Positions 38,817 to 51,306 of a stretch of DNA of 64,000 bases are shown here, piece after piece. The stretch spans positions 28,520,001 through 28,584,000 of the forward strand of contig CM060733.1 in NCBI GenBank assembly GCA_030704615.1, given 5' to 3'. Origin of the DNA: Takakia lepidozioides (taxonomy: Eukaryota > Plantae > Bryophyta). The first letter of the stretch is position 1. Every line of letters starts with the position of its first letter. The notes below the pieces were generated by a model. That model worked only from the letters and a program-made list of their open reading frames with translations. It was not told the origin of the DNA and did not search any database. The position numbers and the translations under genes are program-made.

Positions 38817-41800
38817 ATGGGGATGTGGGTGCCTGTGCTATTGGCACTTCTGGTTGGGGCATCTGTGTGGAGGGATGCTTATGCGTGCACTGCTGGCCAA
38901 TGTGAGGTCAGCGTCTTCACTTGTGAATTTGATTCACTTCAGAACATTATGAAATGCACCTGAGCGACAAATCATCTAGGATGTACTAGGTGACTATTCT
39001 GGGATCAACCTGGATGCACTAAGCCTATGACAGAATTCTGGGTTGCATAAGGATATGGTGGCAAAATACTCTGCCCTATATCTTTTGTTCTGAATTCCTT
39101 GTATGCAAGATAAGGTCAGTTCAACACTACTGTTGCTGCTCCACAATGTCTGACATTCCCAGTGGTGTCTCTGGGGCACACTCTGCTATCTTACTGCTAT
39201 CTTATGGTATCTCTGTTGATGTTCCTGAAACAGGTTTCAAATGTGTGCAATGTGGACACCGACTGTGCTACAGGCCTATCCTGCAGTTCCTGTGCTGCAG
39301 CGAGTTACAGATCATCAATTTGCACACGTGATGTGGCCACCCCCGTCTCTTCCTTTCCTAAGGTTCATGTTCTCAACGATAGTTACATGTTATTGTGCAA
39401 ACAGGGAGGAGAGTGTACTCATAAGAGGCAGTTTGCGGCAGCCTTGTGGCGATAGACCTCTTGCCCAGTTTGGGCGGAACAAAAGGGAACAGATACTACC
39501 TTTGTGAGGAGCTCACTCCAGTATTGTGACTTACCACGACTTACTACTTTGAGCTTTCGCGGAGGTTATAAAGTACCATTTCATTTCATTTCGTCGTAAA
39601 GACAATTAGTTTAGGTTTCCAGATATCCTCCAGAAGGCCCGTCACACAAGTATCAACTTGCTGTGTTCGAGCTGCCCAGCAATTAGACCCCAACAGGGCC
39701 AAGGCTTTGGTCTCAGCCTCAAGATTTTCAACAGGGAGGAGTTGTACTCATAAAACTTTGTTTGCCGTAAAAGGGACCAGAAATTACCTTTGTGAGGGGC
39801 TCACTCCCGTATTATGACTTACCTTGATACAAACAATTAGTTCGGGCTTTCCAGATATCCTCTAGGAAGCCCTTCACAGAAGCATCAATTTGCTATGTGT
39901 GAGCAGCGCAAAAGATAGATCCCAACAGGGTCAGGGCTTTAGGTTCAGCCTCAAGATTTCGGAAGTGGGTGAACAGAGGTGCCAAGACAATGATTGTCCT
40001 GAAGAGGGTCACTCTCCAGTGAGAACAACAGGGAGAAGAAACAGACAGATAGGATGGGGGTTGGGTTTTTGGGAGAGAAGGTAGACAGAGTATTGAGATT
40101 ATTGCTGGAGCAAGTCTGAAAATGTGTGAATTTTGCAGAATACATCCCTGCCTTTCAACAAGTATGCGTGGGTAACCACCCACAATTCCTATTCCATACT
40201 TGGTGAATCATCAGCTACAGGATCGCCGTACCTCCTTTCTCCTAGGAACCAGGAAGACAATGTCACCGCTCAACTCAATGTAAGCATTTGTTCCTATGGT
40301 CCAGTATTGTACTTCTCATTCTTGACAAAAGAAGAGTGAATTTGGAGGGTTACCTATGGTGTTTTGTTGAGCCAAGGTTAGAGCTAACGTGTTTTGGCCA
40401 AAGGGTGCAGAATGGAGTGAGGGGGTTGATGCTGGACATGTATGACTTCCTAGGGGATGTATGGCTTTGTCACTCCATAGGAGGAGTCTGCTACAATTAT
40501 ACTGCATTTGTGAGTTCCATCGGTGACTTTTGAATGTTTGAGCCATTAGAGAAGAAACTGTTTTCTTGTAATGTATTGTGCTGCACTTCAGGTGCACATA
40601 TAACTCAAGGATTCAGATATACAACCATGAAATAAGATGAAGACAAACCAATCCATGAGGTTCAGTAGCTATCGCTTGTGGAGTTTCGTATTATGGTTAG
40701 GAAAAGCCGAGCAGAAATTTGCTCATCAGAGGATGAGAACAATGAATCCAAAGGAATTTGCTCATCCACAGGTCTTAATATTTATTTCCTGTGTCTCTGG
40801 GGACTTGGGCCCTCTCTGAAATCCGTATGTTCTTGTGCAACAGCAACCAGTTAGTGGCACGTTGACGGAGATTGAGAAATTTCTGGCAGCGAATCCAAAG
40901 GAAATCATTACTATTTTTATTGAGGACTATGTTCACGCAACCAATGGTCTTACCAAAGTGTTCAAAGCTGCTGGCCTGCTGAAGTATTGGTTCCCAGTGA
41001 GTAACATGCCCAAGAGTGGGGGCGATTGGCCTACGCTCGATGATATGATCCAGAGCAATCAGCGTTTGCTGGTTTTCACTTCCATCAAGTCCAAGGAAGC
41101 CAGTGAGGGAATTGCTTACGAATGGAACTACTTGGTTGAGAATCAGTGTAAGTATGCCGAACTTACTAGGTCAGTGATTATGAATGAACCACTCGGTTTT
41201 GCGTGGCGCACAACAGAGAGAGAAACAGGGAGGCCAAACTTTTCAGTTGCCACCTTCGAACCTAATTGTGAAAGACTGAGATGGAAGCTGGTTTTCAGGT
41301 TGGGAAATTAATGAAACATACACTGTGTGTGACTTGCCTTCAAGGGTACCACTGTTTGCGGAAAGGTTATTTTGTTTGTGAAGCTTTTCTGGATTATGCA
41401 GAGCTATTCAAGGTCCAAAATAAACAGCTAGAGAAGGAGAAAATATTTTTCTGCATCAACATGTTTTGGCAAATGGTGTTGCAGATGGTACTTCGGGCCA
41501 GAAAGCTGGGTCTTGCCCAAACCGAGGAGAATCTGCTTCTATGAATGACAAAAGCAGGTCACTGGTCCTGGAAAACTACTTCCCAGATGACCCTAATGTG
41601 ACACAGGCATGTGCAGACAACTCCAACAATCTCTACGATATGCTGAATGTATGTTACACAGCGTCAGGCAACCGGTGGTCCAACTTTCTGGCCGTTGACT
41701 TCTACAAGGTACACCTCCTTTCGATAGAACCATGAAGGTAGGGTAGGGCTTGTCCTGTAGATTTCATCATTGGACCTGAGCTGACATCTGGGCTGGACTA

Positions 41801-42738
41801 TAGGAGCAAAGGTCAACTCTTTTAAGATGACCTGAGTGTGAACACAATGTGGTGTTGAATTCATTTATTGGTCCATCCATGTTTCCATATGGTAGACTTA
41901 TGCTTGATTATTTGGCTTGCAGAGAAGCACAGGTGGAGGAGTGTTCAAGGATACTGATTTGTTGAATGGAGAGTTGCAATGTGGCTGTACGGACATCAAC
42001 GCCTGCAAGGCATGTTTGATTTTCTGATCTGCTGTTTTGCTAATGGCCCTCTGCAGGTTGTTTGCAATAGCTTCGTAGCTGTAGACCATGCAGCTGATTA
42101 CTGGTTGGGCGACTAGGGTGTTCAGGAAATGTTGTTTATAACGGGGCAATAAGATAAAGGCAGACAGTCAGCGAGAGCTGATGGTGCTTGCAGTAGACTT
42201 CTGCACACAACCTGTTCTATTGGTTTCTCTCCTTTTTGTTCATATGATTGACACCGTTTTCTGGAGTTTATTCTGCAAATTCATGGAGATGTATCGTCCC
42301 GAACTTGTTCATTTCCTAGAACTTGTACTAGGCCTGCATTACTATGAACTGAACAACATCGTGGGATTTGGCAATGGTTAATTTGGAAGTCGTCCCTTTG
42401 CAGGATCTATTTGTCATCCACTGCCATCTCATTCTACCCTTGTGAATTTCATCGATGCCAAAAGCATTCAAATGTGATTTATTTCACAGTCCTCGGTTTC
42501 ATCTGATTAGTAAGGGTTGGCTAACTTTTTGGATGTGCAGGGTGGCACATCCCAAAGTGTTTGCACCAAGTTTGTGCAGGATACACCCCCCCCCATTGCA
42601 TCTACATCAAAGGATCCATCGGGCCCTGCTCCTTCGCACACGGGTGGTACAACTTCCAGATATTTTTCTGACAGCAGCAGATCACTCCTATGCATGACTT
42701 TGCTGTTACTGGCATCTGGTCTTCTTTCATCTTGTTGA
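38817..42738 (+). CDS. PI-PLC X-domain-containing protein (At5g67130-like), signal peptide and GPI-type C-terminus
   Basis: Exons 38817-38906, 39234-39362, 40139-40279, 40411-40509, 40844-41147, 41485-41708, 41923-42009 and 42541-42738, phase-consistent. Motifs LPFNKYAWVTTHNS, NQEDNVTAQLNNGVRGLMLDMYDF, WLCHS, EIITIFIEDYV, DWPTL, NQRLLVFTS, ENQYG and NFLAVDFYK. The last intron is GC-AG. Confidence 0.95.
39412..39729 (-). mobile_element. 5'-truncated LINE copy in PI-PLC intron 2
   Basis: Reverse complement of the family 3' end (tgtactcataa..gccttgtggc). Flanked by aacagggaggag at 39400-39411 and 39730-39741. Confidence 0.9.
39742..40026 (-). mobile_element. Second 5'-truncated LINE copy stacked at the same site
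   Basis: Starts ttgtactcataa and is homologous to ~57980-58302. Followed by a third target copy aacagggagaag at 40027-40038. Confidence 0.88.
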
Positions 42739-42868
42739 TTGTCTTCAAGTATGTATAAGATTATTAAACAGTGGGTAAACCTTCAACAATACCATATAGT
42801 TCTGTCCATGATGTTGGGAGACCGTTGGTCATCTGAAAAAGTAGATTTGGGTGTTATTGGCTTCCTAG

Positions 42869-43029
42869 GTCCTGTGGAGGATACGCCGTCCCCCAAGGGA
42901 TCCACGACTGAGCCATTGGCAGCTCCATCCTTTCCTCCTCAAAGAGGGGGTACATCTTCCAACTATTTTTCTGACAGCAACGTATCATCCCTATGCATGA
43001 CTTTGCTGCTAATGCTTCTATCATGGTGA
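42869..43029 (+). other. Duplicated PI-PLC terminal exon (second GPI-signal-like sequence)
   Basis: VEDTP...GGTSSNYFSDSNVSSLCMTLLLMLLSW* parallels VQDTP...GGTTSRYFSDSSRSLLCMTLLLLASGLLSSC*. Candidate acceptor cttcctag at 42861-42868. Confidence 0.7.
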
Positions 43030-44121
43030 TGATCTCTCAATGTCTATTTGAGAGTCAATTCTTATTCAATAGGGTGGTTATTTGTTCCAGTCATCTATGA
43101 TCTACCATTGTTATTGGATTTGTAAGTCCATTTGCTCTCTCCTTTCTAGTGAAGTGGGGTGGGGAAGCTTTGCCAGGAGATCATAATGTCATAGATCCAG
43201 GGATGCCATTAGGGCAATGTCCATGTGTGGACTCCAAATTAAGTTTGCATTTCTCAAATGTAACTTTACATTGAAGTAACTTTACAGGCAAAGCTTTTAT
43301 GGTCGATTTCTGAAAGACTACTTGGATCTGTTTCTCTTAAAAAAGTTCTAATACCTGGGTGTACACATGGGTCTGGATACGTATACCACCAAACACTGGA
43401 TTGAGCACTTACTAGGTGCTTGCTTCAATACTGATGCACATGTAGAGAAATTCCAGGTATGGCGAAATCTAACATCCTCCTTAAGATGATATCCAGAGGT
43501 TGTGGTTTCTAAACTGTATTATATGTGGACATTGCAAAATTACCCTACCTCTAGGGTATCAATAGAGGCAGACGCAACATCATCAGGTAGACCAGCTAGC
43601 CTATCACCATGCAATCTAGTGAAAGCTTTGATGCATTTGTTGAAGATCTACTTCGGCGGTTCCGTGTCCAATTTATTTGAAAAATCCTGGTAATGCTGGA
43701 GTGAGGATATTCAACGCAACATCAAGAACAGGGCTCCTAATATGGACTGTCATCATTTGACACTATTCAACTCATTCGATACCTGTTTGAATGTGGCTGC
43801 TCTCCTCATTCTGCACTTAGGGGAGACGGATCGCCTACCGTAGAGCCCAGCACCCTGCAGGTCCAGTATGGTTAGCTCTTGCTCTTCTGCCAAGTTGAAG
43901 TCTCATACCCTTCGTAATGTGGCTTCTGGAAAGGAAGGAACCAAATTGATTCCAGGTATATCTGAATGTAGTTATATCATACCCATTTGAAACATAAACC
44001 TGGCAGTGATGGCTTGGAAACAATCACTGACAATAGCTCGTGAAATGCAATGTAGCAGCTTTACAGTTCCATCTTGGAGCCACCTCTCTGTTCTGGCTTT
44101 CTGATGCATGTCCAGGGAGGC

Positions 44122-47100
44122 CTATGAAGCCACATTTGTCAGGTTCATATTTGCATAGATTACTTTCCCCTCGAGAGCTGCATATGCATTCGCTATCATA
44201 CCTCCCAGCTCACGGGATGGTGGAAGGAGCACTCTGGATCGGAACACTGGAATATGAAGTACCACACTCGGTGTCCGCGCATTCAGATCTGGAATAGAAA
44301 CCTTAGGTGCTCTGAGTGTTTCTTTCTGAATGTTTTTTATGCGCTCTTGAGAACACACATTCTCTTCTGGCTTTTGTGGAAAAGTTAAAGGGGTTATAGG
44401 CACAGTTTCTCCTTGTGCAGATTCTGATGATGATCTGGCCATCTCAGCTACAAGAGTTGATTCATGGCTCTGAGTTTCTTGGACTCGCAGAATGCCTTCA
44501 TTCTGGACCTTGTCTGGTGGGCAGTCTGCAGGTTTGTCGCCGGATTCCTTGAGGTAGTGAGACATGTTGAAATTGGTGATTGCATTGGCTCCCCGAGATT
44601 TGACTGCAGCTCTATCGTATGCTGTAGCTGCCTCCTCTTGTGTATCTGTAGACACTCCATGATATCTAATAAGAGGAAGAAGATTTGCAGTAACATTGTC
44701 AATTGCAGCTGATAGCAGATCACAATACGCACCGTAAGTGCCGAGATAGAGGTGTTTAGATCCTGAGCTTTGGCCGATGCGAGCCTGCCACCGCTGGTGG
44801 TGCCTGCAATTTTCCAAAGGGAAAACATGTCTGTACATAGTTGCTTCTTAAAGAGTAGGCATAGCTCCACTTTTACGTTTTTGTGACCAGGGGCTTGAGG
44901 ATTGGAATTACTGGAACCAGCCTACCTTCAAAACAAAATGCAACGGTGAGAATGCAAACCTTGTGACTCCACGATATTTTGACTGGCCACGGGAAAATCC
45001 AGGACTCCTGTCATCAAGTCAGGAGTAGTTTAAACAGTATTATTAGCAACAATCATGGAAGCTGTCTTTGCATGCCCACTGTATTTCTTGTTTTTTAACC
45101 TTCATCTATCTTTCCTCTCATCTGCCTGTTTGTATGAGAAATAGATGGAAGGTTTAGGAAGCAAACCTTTGAATGAACAAGATGTACTCTTCTTTCGAGA
45201 AATCATGCATGGCTTTGATTTGTTCCCCATACTCGCTGATCTGCTCTCACATTAGAACGTTAGTAGAATTAGTAGTCCGTGTACTAAGACCCGGGTTTTG
45301 AAAGTCTCTTCTGACTGTGCACAGACATAGACTGAGTGTTTAGTACTCAATCTGTGTCTCTCAGGTGAGGTGTGACCATTTATGGATTTGATTTCTGGGG
45401 TAAACTTGTTCATGAGAGGGTAATTTGCATCCTTCAGATAATTGGGAAGGCATAATCGACACCTTTACACTACTGAAGGGCAGGCATTCTCACCCCTCCT
45501 TACTCTCCTCTGCGTTTGTGGGCCACATACTGAGGGCGATACAAGTCTTTGAGATATCTCTCCCAAGCATCATTTAGCACTGTAGGAATTTGCTCCAGTC
45601 AGAGAGCTCTACCTGTGATTGCGACCTTGGTTCTCTTGCGATAGTGTCCAAGCAGACTACCTCATCAGAGATTCTGAGCTGATGAATCTCTCAACTTGAA
45701 TTCATGAAATTGACTGAAGTTTGCAATTTCAACTTGAGATCTCGAAATTACCGGAAAGTTGAAGAGTATGTCAGGACCCCAGTATTTAAGAGCTGCCAAG
45801 TCGCGCGCTTGTGCAGCTTGCTCTTCGTGCTGGTACGTGCCTGTATGGGTTGGTCAGTTGTCAGTTGTAGAAGTTATTGCATCAGGAGCTTACTTTCTGG
45901 CTTCAACCTTCTTAGAAAGAAGTGCAAAGTTGGTGAGTGGAGAAAACTTCATGGTGCTTCAGTATTGTTAAGATCTGATGGTGCTTGTAGTTTATCGCTT
46001 CAGAACCAAGGATAAAGGTCTCCACCCTGTAGGAATTCAACTACATAAGTTCCTTCTTGAGAACCTGAATTCTCGTAAACATATGGAAACTGGGAATGTA
46101 GAGGAACATCCACACAGAGCATACCAAGGTAGACTATTTTGGCATGAAAGAGTGGACATCCGTAAAGTTCCGAGCGTACACATTATGCAGGGCAAGACAA
46201 AGTACAAGTTAGATTCAACATAAGACATAACAAAACAGGAAAGGATTTCTGCCCAAAACAGCAGTAAGCAATCCCACGTACTGTAACTTTAGCAGCCCAA
46301 CATGTTTTTTTATAGCACAAGCGATTAGGACATTTGCAGTAATAAAAGCAAGGATGCATTAAAATCTGAAAACTGAAGACTTGCCATAATCATTGTTGGA
46401 AACTTTCTTCTCAAATGACTCCATTTGAATGTCAGATTTACTAATAGATCCTATAGCAGAAGAAAGTTCACGAAGGAGCTAGTAAGATTCAACCTGACCA
46501 CCAAGAGATGTAGCTATGGCTCCGTGCTCACCTTGCTTGCCCTTCTTTGAGAGGCCTGTTTTGTCACAGCTGTTGTCCCACAGATATGCTTCAAACCGTC
46601 CAGTGCAACGATGTCTGCTGCCAAAGTAGGGAAGAATTTGATCGTAAGATTGCATTGTGAAAAACAGACCATGTTGGTGTTCGATGCATGCCATAGGCTG
46701 TACTTCTTATATGGTCAGTATGGTGCTCCAACAAAAGAAACTTCCTCTCTCTTCTCTTTCTCAGGAGAAGTCAATTAGTATGTAGATTCTCTCATTTACT
46801 GTCAGGGCTTCCTATGGATGTGATCGTTTCTCTTCTTTCTTAAACTTCTTACCTTATGTCCAGTTATTCTATAGCTCATTACAAAATAAAATGTACTAAT
46901 GGGGTGCCTTAAAGAGTCAAGGCACAGGATAAGTCATTGTATGTCAGTATACCTTGTGACACCATGATATCGGGAGATTTGATTCACTGCAGATACAGAA
47001 ACTTTTTGTATAACTGGTAGACGTCCATCTTTCTCTTGGATACCACTCACTACTTCCGCTTTCACACACAAGAACTCTTCAATAGGATCTGTCGTAGTAA

Positions 47101-49757
47101 CTGGCATTCCAGTACTGGTTTGCTGGACCCAACTGAGGGTGTTACCAACTAGTCCATAATTTTGCCGACTTGGTTCAGACCTTGCTCCCTTTGAATTTGC
47201 AGTTTTAACCCTTTGTGGTCTCTTTCTCACCCTTCCCCCTCGCACTTCAGATACCTGGGGGGTTACTGGTGATGAATGAACATCCCGGCCACTGGTCAAA
47301 TTTTCGATACTTTGAGGTGAGGCTTGCAATTTTGAAGTCAAAGAGCCACTCACAAAAGATTCTCCAAGAGATATAGCACCTGCCATATTGGACTTTGCAG
47401 TGTTACAGTCCTGAGGAAGGCCTTTGGCGTCTGGGAGATCTGTGACTGATTTGGGCACATTAAACTGACCCAGGATATTGTGCACAGTTGGGCTCAATCC
47501 TACAAAGAGGGATCTACTCACACAATTGCCCTCAATGGGACTGGCAGCTACCTTCATTATTGTCTCAGCACTACCAACTTCTGGAGGATACCCTACATCA
47601 GCATTTTTAGTAGAAGAGTATGGAGCTGCATTGATAGCTGTAGCCACAAGTACAGGATTGATCTCAGATTCACTGCCTCTGGCCATGTTCTTGGTAGCCA
47701 CGCATTCGGTTCGTGACATTGGTAAATCATTGAGGAAAACTCTGAAAGTGTCTTCTTGCTGTTCTATTGCTGAGGGTCGCTGGGATGAGGAAAGTTCATA
47801 ATTCAAATGATCTGCTTCAGCAAGAGACTCCTTCATTGCGTTTGTTGAGGTTGTCGCATAATCATAGGTATTTCTGGAATATGCTGCACTAAGCTGAGAG
47901 GAAGACAGGGGTTCAAGGTGAGGTAACTCAATCTCATCAGAAATTTCATCAACTTCCCATTTCATGTATCCTTCACAGGCAGATTTGGTTTCTAGTACTG
48001 CACACCAGCGCATGACTGGCAATGAGGTATCATTTCCACCTACAATCTCGTCCAAGTCTTCTGAAAATCCGCTGGCGGTACTTCTCTCAAATATATTATC
48101 CTTGTCAGAGAGGCCTTTATCGCCATCATTTGGTACTTCCTGCTGGGTGGTCTGAGTCATACAAATATCTTGTCTAACATTGGGCTGTCGCTCTGCAATG
48201 GGTTGTGGAAAATTTTCGTCAGAGCTGGCAGTGGTTACAGTTTCTCCTGTGAGCTTTATATTCTCAAACCTACTCTGCTGTGTATATTCATGCTTCTCCA
48301 TAATATGAGAAAGCACTTTTGGAGAGAGATTGCAAGCTGAGTTGTGATCATTGCTGTCTAATAGGGACGTCTGCACCTCAAGGGTACCTGTCTTTCCTGG
48401 GATGATACAGTCAGCTCCAAACCCTTCAGAGGACTTGAACATATATTCATCTTCCCCACCTTCCACATAGTGACCAGAAGGAATAATAGTACAATGCTGC
48501 CCAGGTATGGAGTTCTGTGTCTCAACCATCTCTTTCTGTCCAGTTGCCAAAATATCACGGGTATGAAGCAAACCAGGCTTCTCAGCTGAAGCTGTTGCAC
48601 TACTAGATAGTATTTGCTCCAAGGTCTTAGGAGGTTTCAGTTTCTGCTGCCTGAGTGGCAGGGTGACAGAATGTCCAACTAGTGCCAGTTCTGTTGCAGA
48701 AAACAACAGTTGCTCCTGCCCAGAAATTGTAGTGTTCAGAGAGGGTTCCCATCTATCTGTGTGATGATAGTTCAGACTTCCAGGCTGGTCTGCATGGCCA
48801 GAATCTGACCCTGATCCTCGCTCATTGCACTCATGGTTGAACAAACATTCACCCCTATGTATTCCACTCCTAGAGTCAAACTCACCGTCTTTGAAACTAC
48901 TTGGAGACTCCTCACCCTCCTCACTGAATTTCACATCCATATCAATGTCCAAATACCTCCAGTGCTCACCAAGGTGAAAAGCACTCCTGCCCTTGTCATT
49001 GGGTGCTCTATTGCAGACCAAAGCAAGTCGAGAGTTGGCAGTTGCCACAGTTTCCGTCTGAGCACCCTTGAATGTTTTTTCTTGTCCATGGCCTACAGCA
49101 TCTTGGTCATATCCCTGACTGGCTGCTATAGCCACCATACCCATACCAGCATTCATCATCCACTTCCCCTTGCGCTTCTTCCTGGGTGGGCTATCAGTCG
49201 TTACCCAGTCAATGGGATCCGTTGTGGCAGGTCTATACCAGTCAACATATCCATACCAGTTTCCTTCAGGAAGAGAGGAGAAGGGAGTTCCTCCAAATTT
49301 CCAGGACTCGTCATTCAAAAGTTTCATGAAAGGTGTGGGGGAGCCGCTACTTTTCGCAGAGTTTACTTCTCCAATCAAAGGTGGGTAGTCGTCACTGCTG
49401 AAAGCAATTAGTTCTTGGCTGTCGCAGGCCATTGAGCTGTGAAGTCCGGCACCATTAATATACGTATGTGCATCTGAGAATGTCTCTAATTCGAGAATAT
49501 CGGGCAATTTCCCATTCAAGTCAACGAAGGGAAGATTGATTTCATATCTGTCGGATGGCTGATCTCTGAAGACAGCATTCTGGGGTGGGTTTTCACCCGG
49601 GCCATCCGCTGAGACTTGTGGAATATTCGCTGCCTGTGTGCAGTAGAGTTCGTCAGTACCGTTGACACTCGGGTTGGTAGTATACGTCAGAGAGTTCAGG
49701 AGATCCTGGAGGTTGAAATCGTCATCTGCATCCGTCGAGTGCCAATTTTGTAATAGT
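44122..49757 (-). CDS. AP2-subfamily transcription factor with two AP2 domains (ANT/AIL/WRI-like), divergent, with a long N-terminal region
   Basis: Exons: large exon ending at 46953 (frame open to ~49757, start codon unresolved), 46614-46532, micro-exon 46133-46125, 45840-45752, 45240-45167, 45007-44960, 44803-44733 and 44645-~44122 (3' end uncertain). Spliced protein reads [93 protein letters not shown]. Confidence 0.92.
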
Positions 49758-50154
49758 TAGCAGCAAAGGCAAATGGTAACAGTCATTAACGAAAAAACCT
49801 CAAGCTCCTACATATCTGCTGAAGTTCTGGTCTGCTGGACAGCTAATTGGATTGCTTCACGTTATGAGGGTCTGGCGTTCATGGTACACTCTTGATTAGA
49901 GTACGGCCGTTGGATCCCAGCAGAGACAGAAGCCCATGTTGCCATTACTGGAAGATTCGTCAGCTTTATGAGGGGATTATGCGCATACATTGTAAGACTA
50001 CAGACAATACTCAATAGCATCATTCGAAGGAATTTGGGAATGCAACTGAGCAGGGGGTAGACAATAGTGAGTGTGAGGCTGCTGTTAATCACATGGCATC
50101 TGCCCCAGGCCTTTTAAACATCTGTCTCCCTCTCCCTCTCTCTCCTGTTTTTCT

Positions 50155-50192
50155 ATGGCCACAAGGCTACGGCAAAAAGTCTTATGAGTACA
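50155..50192 (+). mobile_element. ~38-bp terminal stub of the LINE family
   Basis: atggccacaaggctacggcaaaaagtcttatgagtaca matches 58265-58301. Flanked by tctctcct(g/ata)tttttc. Confidence 0.85.
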
Positions 50193-50787
50193 TCTCTCCT
50201 ATATTTTTCGCTCGTCGACACTAATTTACGAAACTCAGCCTGCTTACAATTTTTGAACAGCTCCGGTAGAGTTAAGGTTCTGGCCCCCCCTTTCCTCTAC
50301 CTCAAATCTACTCTGGTTACCCTTGAAAGTAGCCTCCATGTCTTTATCTGCATAATTTCTATCTGATGTGGACAATGAAGCTCTCCCAAAAACCTTGGAA
50401 AACAGAATTTCTGCTAAACTCAGTCTAATGCATTTCATACACTCCACCCACCTCCTTGTTTGCATTGAGCAAGAAACAAGCAACGGGCATCGCAGCTAGA
50501 GAGGCCAGTGGCAGGCGCCAGCAAGGAGGTTGTCACCAAGTCTACCTGGTTATCAAATCGTACTGCCGATGTGATGGTGGCCCATGTTGGAGGTACAATG
50601 AGAGAACTACTAGGCCGAGGACAACAGTCCATGGCTTCCATCTTCATCAGGCTTGAAAACAAAGAGAAACAAAAGTAACCCAAACTCTAGGTGAGTATTT
50701 TTGCTGCTAGATTCACAGGATAACTGATCCAATAATGCTTATCACAATCTCTCTGTCTGTCTGTCTCTTCTCTCTTTCGTAGGAATG

Positions 50788-50825
50788 GCCACAAGGCTAC
50801 GGCAAACAACGTTTTATGAGTACAA
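50788..50825 (+). mobile_element. ~38-bp terminal stub of the LINE family with 19-bp TSD
   Basis: gccacaaggctacggcaaacaacgttttatgagtacaa, flanked by tctctctYtcgtaggaatg at 50769-50787 and 50826-50844. Confidence 0.9.
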
Positions 50826-51132
50826 TCTCTCTCTCGTAGGAATGCAGCAAGGGAGAGAGACAAGACAGACAGAGGAGCGGCACATTTTGAATTTGAAAGC
50901 GACATGTCTTCCATCGGACGTGGACTCATGAAGCCTGTTCAAACCTATGCATGAGATCCACGTGGCTGACCTTGGCCCATGTGTCGAGAGACATGACTAC
51001 TCGTACATACTTACGCCAAATCAGATGATGATCAGCTGGAAGAACAGTGTCGGACAGTGTGAATCATCGCTGTCGATGGAGTGATGTATGTACCCAGGGT
51101 GTTTTGCGGATGAAGAGATAAATCCAGACGGA

Positions 51133-51306
51133 TAAGATAAAGATAAAGTTTCTTAACGTCCAGTGAATTTACAGAGCCTACTGCTCAACACACAGGCCAT
51201 CGAGGGCCCAATGGACGGTCTGAAGGCACGTGTTGAAGGATTGAACCCCAGATCACCAAGGTTATGCACAGGCAAGGCACAAATACCCAACCACTGGGCT
51301 ACCTGC
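51133..51306 (-). mobile_element. tRNA-derived SINE, copy 2
   Basis: Highly similar to 938-1111, with A/B boxes and a (TTTATC)n tail. gacgga at 51127-51132 and 51313-51318. Confidence 0.85.
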
